Positions 12,411 to 22,348 of a DNA stretch of 64,000 nucleotides are shown piece after piece; within the stretch, counting starts at the first letter, position 1; each line of letters opens with the position of its first letter. The stretch comes from Catajapyx aquilonaris. Lineage: Eukaryota. Made by a program: the position numbers and the translations under genes. The notes under the pieces are model-generated. The model saw only the letters and a program-made list of their open reading frames with translations. It was not told the origin of the DNA and ran no database searches. The DNA is taken from contig JYFJ02001724.1 of NCBI GenBank assembly GCA_000934665.2, positions 1 through 64,000 of the forward strand, written 5' to 3'.

Positions 12411-12459
12411 CCTACTTATTCTGAGGCCATGCATGTGTTTACAGGCAGACCTCACTATA
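12411..12459 (-). other. Candidate 49-nt upstream/alternative exon of UQCC1
   Basis: Acceptor cttttattccatacag| and donor AGG|gtgagc; contains an ATG at 12434 reading MHGLRISR up to the donor. Confidence 0.4.
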
Positions 12460-12630
12460 CTGTATGGAATAAAAGTTTCTTAAAATGTGTATGAATGGAA
12501 ACTTCTCATACATCCTGAGTATATCTCCCCTAAGCAGCCAATAGAAAAGTACAAGGTATGTTCGCCTTTGATCTATAACTAATTGAAACACCTATTTACT
12601 CATTGAAATTGTTGAGGTTGAGTTACTTAT

Positions 12631-12806
12631 TAGTCAAACCTGTGTATAGTGGAATTGTATGGGACCAAAAAAAAATCCACAATGGACAGGCTACAGCTAT
12701 AGCTGTCAAAAATACATTTCATGTCCTCCAGTCATTCCCAAAAATAATTCCACAATGGACAAGATTCCGCTACACTCAGGCTCCGTTATGGACAGGTTTA
12801 TGTGTA
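12631..12806. mobile_element. Degenerate pogo/Tigger-like MITE
   Basis: TAGTCAAACCTGTGTATAGTGGA / TCCGTTATGGACAGGTTTATGTGTA resemble CAGTCAAACCTGT...ACAGGTTTGACTG ends; internal repeat TCCACAATGGACA x2. Confidence 0.5.
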
Positions 12807-14031
12807 GTTGTGGGTATTATCTGGGTCGTGCAGAAAATAATTTTGCATGATCAAACCATTCACATGGCACAACGATTTTATAATTAAATACTGTTTTTCA
12901 TTGTTAGTAAATGTTTTCTCAACAATAAGTAGCAATGGAAAACATTAAATGAACTTTGGTGCCATGTGAGTGGTCAATATATCTTTATACCATTATTTTC
13001 AGGTTTTAAATAACTAACCAATTCCTAGGCTAATCAACCTTGGTTTCAACCTATTTCAGGTGAATCCAAAAGAAACTGGTGTACTGTACACCTGCAATTC
13101 AAGTTTCACAGCATTGGTGTTATGCATAACATGCAATGATACAACTAATTGGACTTCCATCTATCACTACCATTTTAAAAATACCAATTATGGAAAGTTC
13201 CTTGAATTTTCTATGGTCACTTTAAAAGCCATGAAATTGCAAGTTAGCAACTTTCAATTTCAGATTTTCACAGCTCAAGAGAGCAAATCAGAAAGAAATA
13301 AGTTTCACTTTTCCATCTAATATGGTGAACAACTTTCACTAAAAACTATTGTTACACAACAATATCAATATTCTGCAACAGCCTTTTCTCACGATCTGCT
13401 ACTGGTTCCATAAATTCATGAACAAATGTGTAACACTAATCTTCAGATACAACCTATGATCTTGATTACTGTAATATGGCAGCATCACAACTTCCTCTTT
13501 GCTTTGGCTTATTATTGGGATCTGCTTTATTTACACAACTTATCCCTTTGAACAACCCTCTGGGTATGCAGTGCCTCAGGTGATTGCTGTAGTTATAAGG
13601 ATGTTTTAAAAACAAGTTTCCGGTTTTTATTGTTAGTGGGTGAGCATTATGTCCACTAAGCCTCTTCAGCTAATGACACTAATGACACTAACAGCAGCAG
13701 AGTTACAATGCATATACTCAATACATTGCATCAACGTACGTGTCACTCATGAATGGCAATGTAGTTCATAAAATTTCGAAAATTAAAATCACAACAACAC
13801 TGAAAAAAGACTGTCACTTTTGACACCCAGTTTAAAATAAAACCAACCCATGCCTAGAAGAACGCCGTTGACTTCACAAAAATGCATTATAATAAATTTA
13901 ACATTTAAATATCACATTAAAAATCTTATTTCCCATATTACAATATCATTGATACCAATACTAGTGTTCTTCAAAAGGAGGAATTCAGTTTGAAGCCATA
14001 TAAAGGGTAAAAAATTACAGAGGAAAAAAAA

Positions 14032-14610
14032 TCATTCTGAAATTTGCAAAAGTGAATTGACAGTCGCATCTTTGTTCCCTGCATTTGCCTCAAACACAGT
14101 CTTGATTGTGTCGGCATCCACATTGGGAAACATATCCTGAATCAACTTTAGCTCCTGCTCAGTAAGCTCAGGAGGTGGGGGAGGTGGTTGCTGCACTACC
14201 TGCCCTTGGGGAAGCCCTTGAGGAAGCCCTTGGGGAAGCCCTTGGGGAATCCCTTGGGTTGTCCCAGGGTAATAGGCAGGTTGCACACCATAGGGAACCA
14301 TCACAGGACCTCTTCCACCTGTCTGCGGGGCCCAACCAGAGAGGTGTGGGTGGGAGTGGGGATGGGTGACATTTGGCTGATAGGTAGGCAGTTGGGAGTG
14401 ACTCAGGACCAGGTTGACCATCCCTTCCTTTCCCTCCCCTTGCTTTCCGCTAAGTGGGTGCCAATCATCCAAAGTCTCTCCCCCTTGTATCACCGCAGGA
14501 GGAATCTGGATGTGGGCCCAGGCTATCAGTTCATCCATGGTGAAGGCGCACTCGTCATAGATCTCCAGGTATATGGCATTCACGCCCTTCGGCACGTAGC
14601 ACTGCACCAC
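14032..14610 (-). CDS. TOLLIP: Toll-interacting protein, coding exon 2 (second half of C2 domain, Pro/Gln linker, CUE domain)
   Basis: Acceptor tgcttgtgacaag|GTG; VVQCYVPKGVNAIYLEIYDECAFTMDELIAW...DDWHPLSGKQGEGKEGMVNLVLS and CUE motif IQDMFPNVDADTIKTVFEANAGNKDATVNSLL; TGA at 14034-14032. Confidence 0.95.
   Translation of the reverse strand: MVQCYVPKGVNAIYLEIYDECAFTMDELIAWAHIQIPPAVIQGGETLDDWHPLSGKQGEGKEGMVNLVLSHSQLPTYQPNVTHPHSHPHLSGWAPQTGGRGPVMVPYGVQPAYYPGTTQGIPQGLPQGLPQGLPQGQVVQQPPPPPPELTEQELKLIQDMFPNVDADTIKTVFEANAGNKDATVNSLLQISE
14203..14258 (-). repeat. Coding 12-bp tandem repeat (~4.7 units) encoding (G[I/L]PQ)n in Tollip
   Basis: CCCTTGGGGAAG units on the + strand; protein TQGIPQGLPQGLPQGLPQGQ. 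Confidence 0.9.
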
Positions 14611-14981
14611 CTTGTCACAAGCACACCACATTATTAGACTTTGCAACATGTTCTAATGGCAGAACCATCATTCCCCATTCACTTCATAAAATGTAACTTT
14701 CTCTAAAAAGGTTAGAAGAATAGTTATCACATGCTCAAAATTATTAAAAGTTAAGGGTTAGCTAAAGATAAAGTGAAACTATTAGGATTGTGTCCAACGC
14801 CCTCTTTTCGCAGCATGTAATTTTGGTGTGGGGCGGGTGTAGAGGGGGGGGGGGGGGGGNGGGGGGGGGGAACTCAGTGTTGAACACTTTTTTTTTTTTT
14901 TGGAAAAATAGAGGATAAATATGGTTCCACCATTACTTATATTCTTTATGTATTATTTGTTCCTGGGAAACAAAATTGTAC

Positions 14982-15398
14982 CTTGTTCCATTTCGGGTTC
15001 TTGGCCCCATTTGTGTCAGTGTGTGTCTCATACACATTATGACCAACCCTCATCCGAACATATGGATCCATGCGGGTCATGCCATAATTCTTGGCGAGCT
15101 TGGCTTGGACTATGGTAACGCTCAGCCTCCCTGCTGCATTCCATGGGTGAAGCAGCTGGTGCTGCAAGGCCCAAGCCGCTTGCTCGTCAGCTGCTTCTTG
15201 CATCTGAGTTGCGCTCATTGCCTCTCCCTCAGTGTTGTAGTCCACCTCGTCACCCACACGAAGGAAGGAAGGCGGGAGAGAGCCCAGGAAAACACGACGT
15301 CTGCGCTCAGCATTCCGCTGGTCAGGTGTCAATGAAGACAAGTCTGGTGCTACACCTGCCTCCACTGCTTTTTCGGCCCCAACTCCCATTGCAGCCAT
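14982..15398 (-). CDS. TOLLIP: Toll-interacting protein, coding exon 1 (Tom1-binding region, first half of C2 domain)
   Basis: ATG at 15398 (MAAMGV...); VFLGSLPPSFLRV, ADEQAAWALQ and GRLSVTIVQAKLAKNYGMTRMDPYVRMRVG...NGAKNPKWNK are hallmark Tollip motifs; donor AAG|gtacaa. Confidence 0.95.
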
Positions 15399-15495
15399 TT
15401 TTTTTATTGTTATAAATTTTTCCCCCACTTATGCACTATTCAGTCTGGGTCTGTTTTTCGTAGAACTTCGCCGAGTGTCACTCTTTAGGCACAGA

Positions 15496-15690
15496 CTGGA
15501 AGAAGGAACAGTCCATCTCAGTCTGCCTACTTGGACTCGCAGCATGTAAACCCATTGGGTTGGTCACAATTACCAACAAACAATTTAAAATAATCAAGAT
15601 TCATCGCTAACCGCAAAGGTGATTCATAACACTGTCTAGAGTTGCCACATCCAACGTTAACAAGCCAAAACTTTCCTGCACCTATACAAC
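15496..15690 (-). promoter_or_regulatory. Probable Tollip 5'UTR intron (15573-15496), non-coding leader exon and core promoter
   Basis: Donor TTG|gtaatt at 15573 and acceptor gttccttcttccag| at 15496 define a 78-nt intron, similar in size to neighbouring short introns; CpG content rises here. TSS not determinable. Confidence 0.45.
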
Positions 15691-15691
15691 A

Positions 15692-16739
15692 TAGAGGGCC
15701 TTGAAGAAGAGAGTTGACAACTTGTTATGTAAGGTCGTCTCTGATTGTCTGGAGTAATTTTGGAGTGTTTACATTACAAGGCCCGTATCTTCGACGTCTC
15801 ATGCAAACATGCGGGAGGAGCCATAATCTTCTAGAGAAACTTTCCATTGCCGTTAATCCCTGACGAGGAAAGAACCCTGGGAGTAGTTAATTTTGTTACT
15901 TAAAAATGTGTTGATTTTTACTCTCGCTGCAGAACCCTGTTAACTCCCCTCTGCGAGCGCCTCCCGCAGGTTTGCGCGAGACGTCGAAGATCCGGGCCTT
16001 ACGTGTCATATGGAGGCTGTCATCTTGAACTGCTGTGGAAACGGTATTCTCAAACCATGGAAACGGTGGCTGGCTCTGACGTCACGATTGCAGTTCGCAT
16101 GCCCTCACACAATTTGGATGCATCAAGAACAAAGAGTTCTGCTATAATATATTATACCTGATTATACTAATACCTAGAGAGAGCACTCAGGTTGAAACGT
16201 GAGTCAGGCAACAATATTACCTAAATAAAGATGGCGGACGCTTGACATTATTGGACTAATTGTCATCCCAGTTGTCATTATTGGTTGTTGTCCCAGTTGC
16301 TCGACAACTGTTAGAACAACAATATGACACAATATTACCTAAGTAAAGATGGTGGCTGCCTCAGCCTGGCCAATAGGAAAGGATAGGGAGTACTTTCTCT
16401 AGGTATACATAATATTATAGCAGAACTCTTTGGAGCCAGCTTCGGTTTCCACAGTTTTAGAATACCGTTTCCGCAGCAATTCAACATGGCGGCCCCCAAA
16501 TGACACGTAAACTAGTAACGTAAACACTCCAAAATTACTCCAGCCAATTAGAGACAACCTTACAAAATGTAAGGAAAATGAGAGAACGATCTGACGTCAT
16601 AAAGGTTTCCACGGAAATACCCTCACAGAACAATACGAGTAAACAGTGCCAACAAAAAGCAACAATTGAAGAAACGTCAGATATAGTTCTCTCGTTTTCC
16701 GAACATCAATTTGTCGACTCTCTTCTTCAAGGCTCTCTA
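15692..16739. mobile_element. hAT-like non-autonomous element with three further nested inverted-repeat layers
   Basis: 29-bp TIR TAGAGGGCCTTGAAGAAGAGAGTTGACAA / TTGTCGACTCTCTTCTTCAAGGCTCTCTA; 8-bp TSD ATACAACA at 15684-15691 and 16740-16747; inner IR pairs at ~15728/16564, ~15778/16000 and 16131/16431. Confidence 0.88.
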
Positions 16740-17947
16740 ATACAACATAGTGGGTAATAGGGAAGTAATTTCTAAATTACATTAACAAAATTACTTGGTT
16801 TTTCCTGAACAACAGTATGTGACAGGTGAGTAATGCATTCCTCTGCGGCAGTCCCTCACCACCTAAATATTGTGAAGCAATTTACATTCCTATCATAGGC
16901 TGAAAGCAAAGAAGTTAACGAGAATATCCATACTGTGAGAATGCTGGTTTACCAATATTTCAGAAGAATGGCAGGGTTGTTTCAACTAAGCAACCCCACA
17001 CCAATGTGGCATGTCGATAAGTACTGTAAATAACATTGTCAACTCCCCATTGCTGTGCTTGCTGTGACCTTAACCTGGGCTTGTTGCAATATGTGAGGTC
17101 ATGACCTAATGCGAACCACCAATATGGCCCTTATCAGACCCAGTCGCATTCTCTTTTTTTTTCCTGGTCAAGTCTCCCTCAGCCCATCCTCCGAGACATA
17201 CCTGACACGCAAAGTGCTGGTCTGATGCAACAGTCATCCCCCTCTCGAAGCAGCAGTGAGTCAAAGGGCCGGCCAAATAATGGTGGTGGTGGTGGGGGGG
17301 GTGTTCTGCGAAAAGTGCATTACGTACGTACCCCTTCTCGATCCTCTCTCTGCTGCAGTGAGGGGGTGCCAAGGTGGGTCGTGACCGTGATCCCTGGGCA
17401 GGGTCCAAAAGGTCGGTCAGGTGGATCGAGGCAGGTGCGCAGACACGGCCAATCTACTTCAGCACCACAGAAGATAAAACGTTGCAGAACAGATCAAGAC
17501 GCCATTTGCTTGGGCCCATTCCCACCACCGCTCCACGGAACAGTTCTCTCCCCCCTCTGCCACATGCAGCAGACTTGAGAGGTGCACTGCACACCCTGCT
17601 TCTTGGTCCTCCCTGCCCCTTCCCATCCAACTGAACCAAGCAATAGGTTTGAGTGGGGAATAAAACCAGACACTGGTCCAGTAAAAATGACTACAGCGTG
17701 ATCTTCATTCGCCCATGGAACAGAACACTGTACAGTACAACTGTTTCGACAGGGTGCAAACCTCCGGTACAAACAAGCACACTGCCTGTACAAATGATGA
17801 CCAGACGCTGCTTAGAGGCTTCAACCCTGCCTTCATTATAAGCTTATGAAATTGAGTGGAAAAAAATTGGACAAGACATTATCCTTCTCATATGCAGGGT
17901 ATTAATTCCAGCCAAGAGCCATCATTTCCCTGATTAGGCTACACACT

Positions 17948-17985
17948 GCCAATGCTAATTCTCCAACTGGAGAATTAGCATTGGC
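17948..17985. repeat. Perfect 18-bp-stem hairpin
   Basis: GCCAATGCTAATTCTCCA-AC-TGGAGAATTAGCATTGGC. Confidence 0.9.
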
Positions 17986-18129
17986 TGGTGTTATCTCCAC
18001 TTACAGTTCCACAGAGTGCACAGACAACATATAGTTACAATCTCAGGTACTGCAACATAAATTAATATATTGGTCGAGTTTTAGTATAATGTCACCAATG
18101 TTTACTCATAATTCTTCATAAAAAGGTGG

Positions 18130-19130
18130 TAACAATCCATCTGGTGTGGCACTTGGACAGACATTCAAGAATGCCCTTGCACAATGCATTGTTGATGTTA
18201 TACCCACTCATTCACACAAGTGTCAAGAACTCCTGAATTCTGTAGTTGGAACTCTGCTGATGGTGAGAATCAATTCAATAAGCCGAACAGATTGGCAGAT
18301 GAGCAACGAATAGGGAAGGTTCTGAATATTTCACAATGTTGCTATTTTTATAGCACGAGTATTGAGAATCCAAATTTACAGAAGAGGCACACTTGAAAGC
18401 TACACGCCATCATTTTCTGTTCTCCCCACTACACCAAGACACTTGTCCCAATATCACAACAGGCTGCAACAGGCAATGTCTCCAGTTCAGAAGCCATTCT
18501 ACTGACTTTGAAGAGCCCATGGAAGATCATAACATTGGAGGCACAAATAAGCAAGGGTTTCTCGTGGGCCATTCATGAAGCATATTCCATCACATCTGTA
18601 TTTACTCCAACACTGACCTCTGCAAACACCTAGTAATTAGTAGAGATTCATAACAATGTCCACCCACCAACTTCGCCTTTCCTGACTTTGTTAACCCTGC
18701 CATGTCAGCCTCCTGACCTTGAATGTGGCTTATCAACCTGGTCAGTAACTAACACTGTATTAGTGCTTGACCTGGTGTAGTGACACAAAGGCCCAGAAGG
18801 TCAGAACACCTAACAATTCTCCACAATGACCACACATGCCCTGGAAGTAGTCACAAATTTGGCTATGCACTCGACATGCAATAATGATTATGAGAGGTGC
18901 TCTGGTATGTTGTGAAGCCATTTCAGATTCACATGTCTAAATTCTAAATTCCCATGTGATGCCTGCCATGACGGAGACAGTCAGCAGAACTGCTTCATCA
19001 TCAACTCGAGCCCATGCCAATGCAATACTGTCTCCTGTTAGAACAAGTTCATCAACACTAAGAGGAATGACATTAGAAAACTGCGATGGAGTCAAGTTTT
19101 CAAACACTACTTTCTGTCACTCACAAATAT
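18130..19130 (+). pseudogene. Possible highly decayed Crypton-like/DUF3504 tyrosine recombinase remnant
   Basis: Frameshifted fragments in the expected order: IFHNVAIFIAR, HNIGG, CPP..FVNP, GPEGQNT/NNS, and a Ser/Thr-rich tail ending TLENCDGVKFSNTTF. Motif resemblance judged by eye only. Confidence 0.3.
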
Positions 19131-19669
19131 TTTACTGTAAAAGGAAAGCAAAATACTTGTTTAACCATTCTTATGCCCATAGCTCAATAGAATTTGTCAT
19201 CTGCACGGACTTACGGATTTCGTCAACTTATTTTGCACCAAAAGATCATTCACATCCTGTGATCTCACACTTTTCACTAGATGACAGTAACAATCACTCT
19301 GTTGATAACCTGTATTCAACCTTGAAAGCTGATGAAAGTAAACCCAAATAATCCAGCTGTAAACTCATTGTACAGTGTCAGGAGAGATATATTCATTGGA
19401 GTATATCATGAAGGGAGATATATGGCGACACTCTTAAGGTGTCACAAAAGGGAAGATGGGAAACAGGTAGGTGTGGTATGGTTCATGGGTTGAGGAGTAA
19501 CCAGGTAAGTTTAATGAGGGTACCACCACTTCACATACCTGGACTTTCACTTTCCTGTTACACCCTTCCCACACCAATAATCTGGATGCAAATATCCTCA
19601 CACACCCGGGTCCACTTTGAATGAGGGGGATGGGTCTTGCATACATAGCTTGTTGTCATCATTGTTAAC

Positions 19670-19675
19670 TTTATT
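19670..19675 (-). terminator. Candidate polyadenylation signal for syndecan (3'UTR ~1.4 kb)
   Basis: AATAAA on the - strand at the end of an AT-rich, UTR-like stretch downstream of the syndecan stop at 21086. Confidence 0.4.
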
Positions 19676-21085
19676 ACAAAAACATCCAAAGTTTTTTTTT
19701 CTTTTTCCCATGATTTTCTTTTCTTCTGACACAAGTAGTGTTCTACGTAACTTTACATGAGTAGCGTTTACTACAACGGCAATAATTTGTGCTCATGTCA
19801 TCTCTCCCAGCTAATTTAAATTATCCCTGGATTGGTGGGGGTTCTAATGTTTGGCAAAGTAAAACATATTTAACAAATTTTTTAAAAAGTTGACACAAAA
19901 TGGCAAGAGGCATTCATACCGTGTTTCCAACCCATCCTTTCCCTTCACTTAAATTTCATAGTAACATATTACAATATAAATAAATGCTTTGATATCAATC
20001 CAATCAAGTACATATCGTATTTTGTTATTTGAAAACGTTTCCTTTACAGTAATAATAATAGTAGCATGTCCGTTTCCTTGAAATATGCACTCAGCTTGTG
20101 CTCCTTACATTCTCCTTTGCATTACCTCACTTCTAAATAAAACTTTTTTTCAAGCTCTACATTTGGTAACAGCGTAATAAACTTTTCAAGTGGGAATAGG
20201 AGGGGAAAGAGACAGGTAATCAAGAGCTCATTAGTGTCAATGCATGGGTAGGAAAAGAAAAATATAAAGTGAGGTTGAAGACTGGAAGGACAGATTCTAT
20301 AATGTACACTTCACAAGTTATATTTTGCACAACCGTTAAGCCTACCTATCTGCTGTAACAAGACACAAATAAATAGCAACATTAGGTCAACGCTGTGCAC
20401 ATTAGAAACAAGTCTTCATATGGCTGAGTTGGGAGGGCAGAACATGCTGAGTTATTCCACTGCCCAAATCGTGGAGCATACATTTCAAGAAACGGATCAT
20501 ATGGAGATGGGTGGGGATCATGTAGCATTGTAGGGGGAGCGCAGATGTTCATAAACTCACTTGACAATCACTAGAAGCGGCACAACAAGTGCTCAGGACT
20601 TTTTCTTCGAAAACTACAATACATTAAGGGGGGGAAAAAACCGTCGAAACAAGAAATCCTGGTGATAATAAAATTCCCTTGCAATCTTTTTTTTTCGTCT
20701 CTCAACTTTTTATGCATTCACACATACAAACAACCCATTCATTCGCCTTCCCTCTCAGCCCCAATCACACACTCAATTGTACACACAAACACACATGCAA
20801 TATCCACATGTCACGCATATCAAATTATGGCATGGAGGGTGTCTGAGGAGGTTTCGAGGGGCAAGGAGTGGGACATCAGGAGGTGTAAAAGGGGAGTTGG
20901 GTTTTTTTTTCCAGGAAACATGCATGTGTGGCTGGCTTCACACATGCAGATGAAGGGAGTTTGAACATTGGTTGGGGGATTGGAATATGGATTTTTTGGG
21001 GCCTTTGATGCATCCCATCTTCTTAATACCTCCCTCTGACATCTCTCCCGGGATGAAGTGAACAATTACACAGAGACACGAGATT

Positions 21086-21255
21086 TCACGCATAGAATTC
21101 CCGGTTAGAGCTCTTGGTGTATGAATTGACTGTTGGAGATCGCTTGGGCTCATCCAGGGCATATGACCCTTCATCCTTCTTCCTCATCCGATAAACGATG
21201 AACATGACCAGAAGAATGGCACACAGGAGACCCACCACTGCTCCTCCTATTACAG
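21086..21255 (-). CDS. Sdc: Syndecan, last coding exon (TM and cytoplasmic domain)
   Basis: Acceptor ttttcttacag|CT; AVIGGAVVGLLCAILLVMFIVYRMRKKDEGSYALDEPKRSPTVNSYTKSSNREFYA*, with the C1 (RMRKKDEGSY) and PDZ-binding EFYA motifs. Not in the ORF track in this frame. Confidence 0.97.
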
Positions 21256-21499
21256 CTGTAAGAAAACGGATCTCTCAGTATTGGTCACTAATATTTATGT
21301 CGTATAGCAGACAAAGAAATTGAGACAATTTTGAATTTGGCTGCAATTCTAAACTGTCCCATTCTTTTTTTATCTGCTATCAGACATATTTCTAAGTTAT
21401 GGACACAAACAACAATAACTGAAAATTCTGATTTAAGCAAAATGACACGCTCATCACATACATCAAGGGCATGCTTAAAACCAGTAACTCAGGACTGAC

Positions 21500-21644
21500 C
21501 TGCAAGTATTCCAGGCTGGGAGAAGAATGACGTAGGCCGGTCATCGTGTTTCTCACCCCAAACTCCAGATCCTCTGTGGTTCGGATCCTGAGTTGCATCT
21601 TCATCATGTTCCTCTAAGCTCTCCTCATGAGGAACAACCGTTGG
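21500..21644 (-). CDS. Sdc: Syndecan juxtamembrane ectodomain exon
   Basis: Acceptor atttgctgaag|CCA; PTVVPHEESLEEHDED...DDRPTSFFSQPGILA (arthropod SFF.QPGILA motif); donor G|gtcagt, phase 1, matches the next exon. Confidence 0.9.
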
Positions 21645-22271
21645 CTTCAGCAAATATGGAAGCAGATTAATTTCTCAGTTTCCGTTCACAAACCACACAT
21701 GATATTACACTGAGTGCACTTTACCATGATCTCCAAACCCTCACAGCATCAAATTCCTATCCCCAGGAAACTAGCTCAAACAAGCTCAAATGCCTTTTTC
21801 TACTCTCATTACAACAAGTGGTGCATCAAACAACATGTAAAAGTGCAGGTAAAATTAGGAGGCATGGCATAACAGGCAGGTGGTGGGTGATGAAATTTTT
21901 TGTTAAATGGCCTAGAGCCCTGCACAAGCCATCGGAGTACGGCCGTTTGGTATCAGTTAAGTGAAGCTCCTGAAGTGGGGAGGTGGGCTCATAAATTGAT
22001 TTGGACGAGGTTCCATCCCCAAGGAACTCATTATTCCTGTTGGTTCATTATTGTGTAGTGCTAGTTCATGCAGACCCAGATTACCCTCTTCCACCTAATA
22101 ACGGCAACTCCCGTTATAAACTGCATCCAGCCAAGTTTTGCAAAAGCAAAACCCTATGAAAGCGGCTCACTGGTTTACATCCCGGAATTCTACCATTTAC
22201 CAAAATGCAGAAGTTGGATGCTCAGGAGCATCCTCAATGGAATGATACAGTGTAAGGTAGTTAATTGTTAC

Positions 22272-22348
22272 CTGTGGATCTTGTCCTTTATCTTGTGTCT
22301 TGCCTACATTGTTTATCCTCTTCTCTTCCAGTTTCTTTTCTGATGGAT
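22272..22348 (-). CDS. Sdc: Syndecan ectodomain exon
   Basis: Acceptor ttttgttttcag|AT and donor CAG|gtaaca; phase 1 in, phase 0 out, bridging the flanking exons exactly; (Y)PSEKKLEEKRINNVGKTQDKGQDPQ. Confidence 0.75.

Noticed and set aside
14843..14870. Poly-G/poly-C tracts containing N (also ~6125, 41327, 52486, 53466, 54410)
   Set aside because: Homopolymers with ambiguous bases reflect sequencing or assembly uncertainty; no functional claim is supportable.
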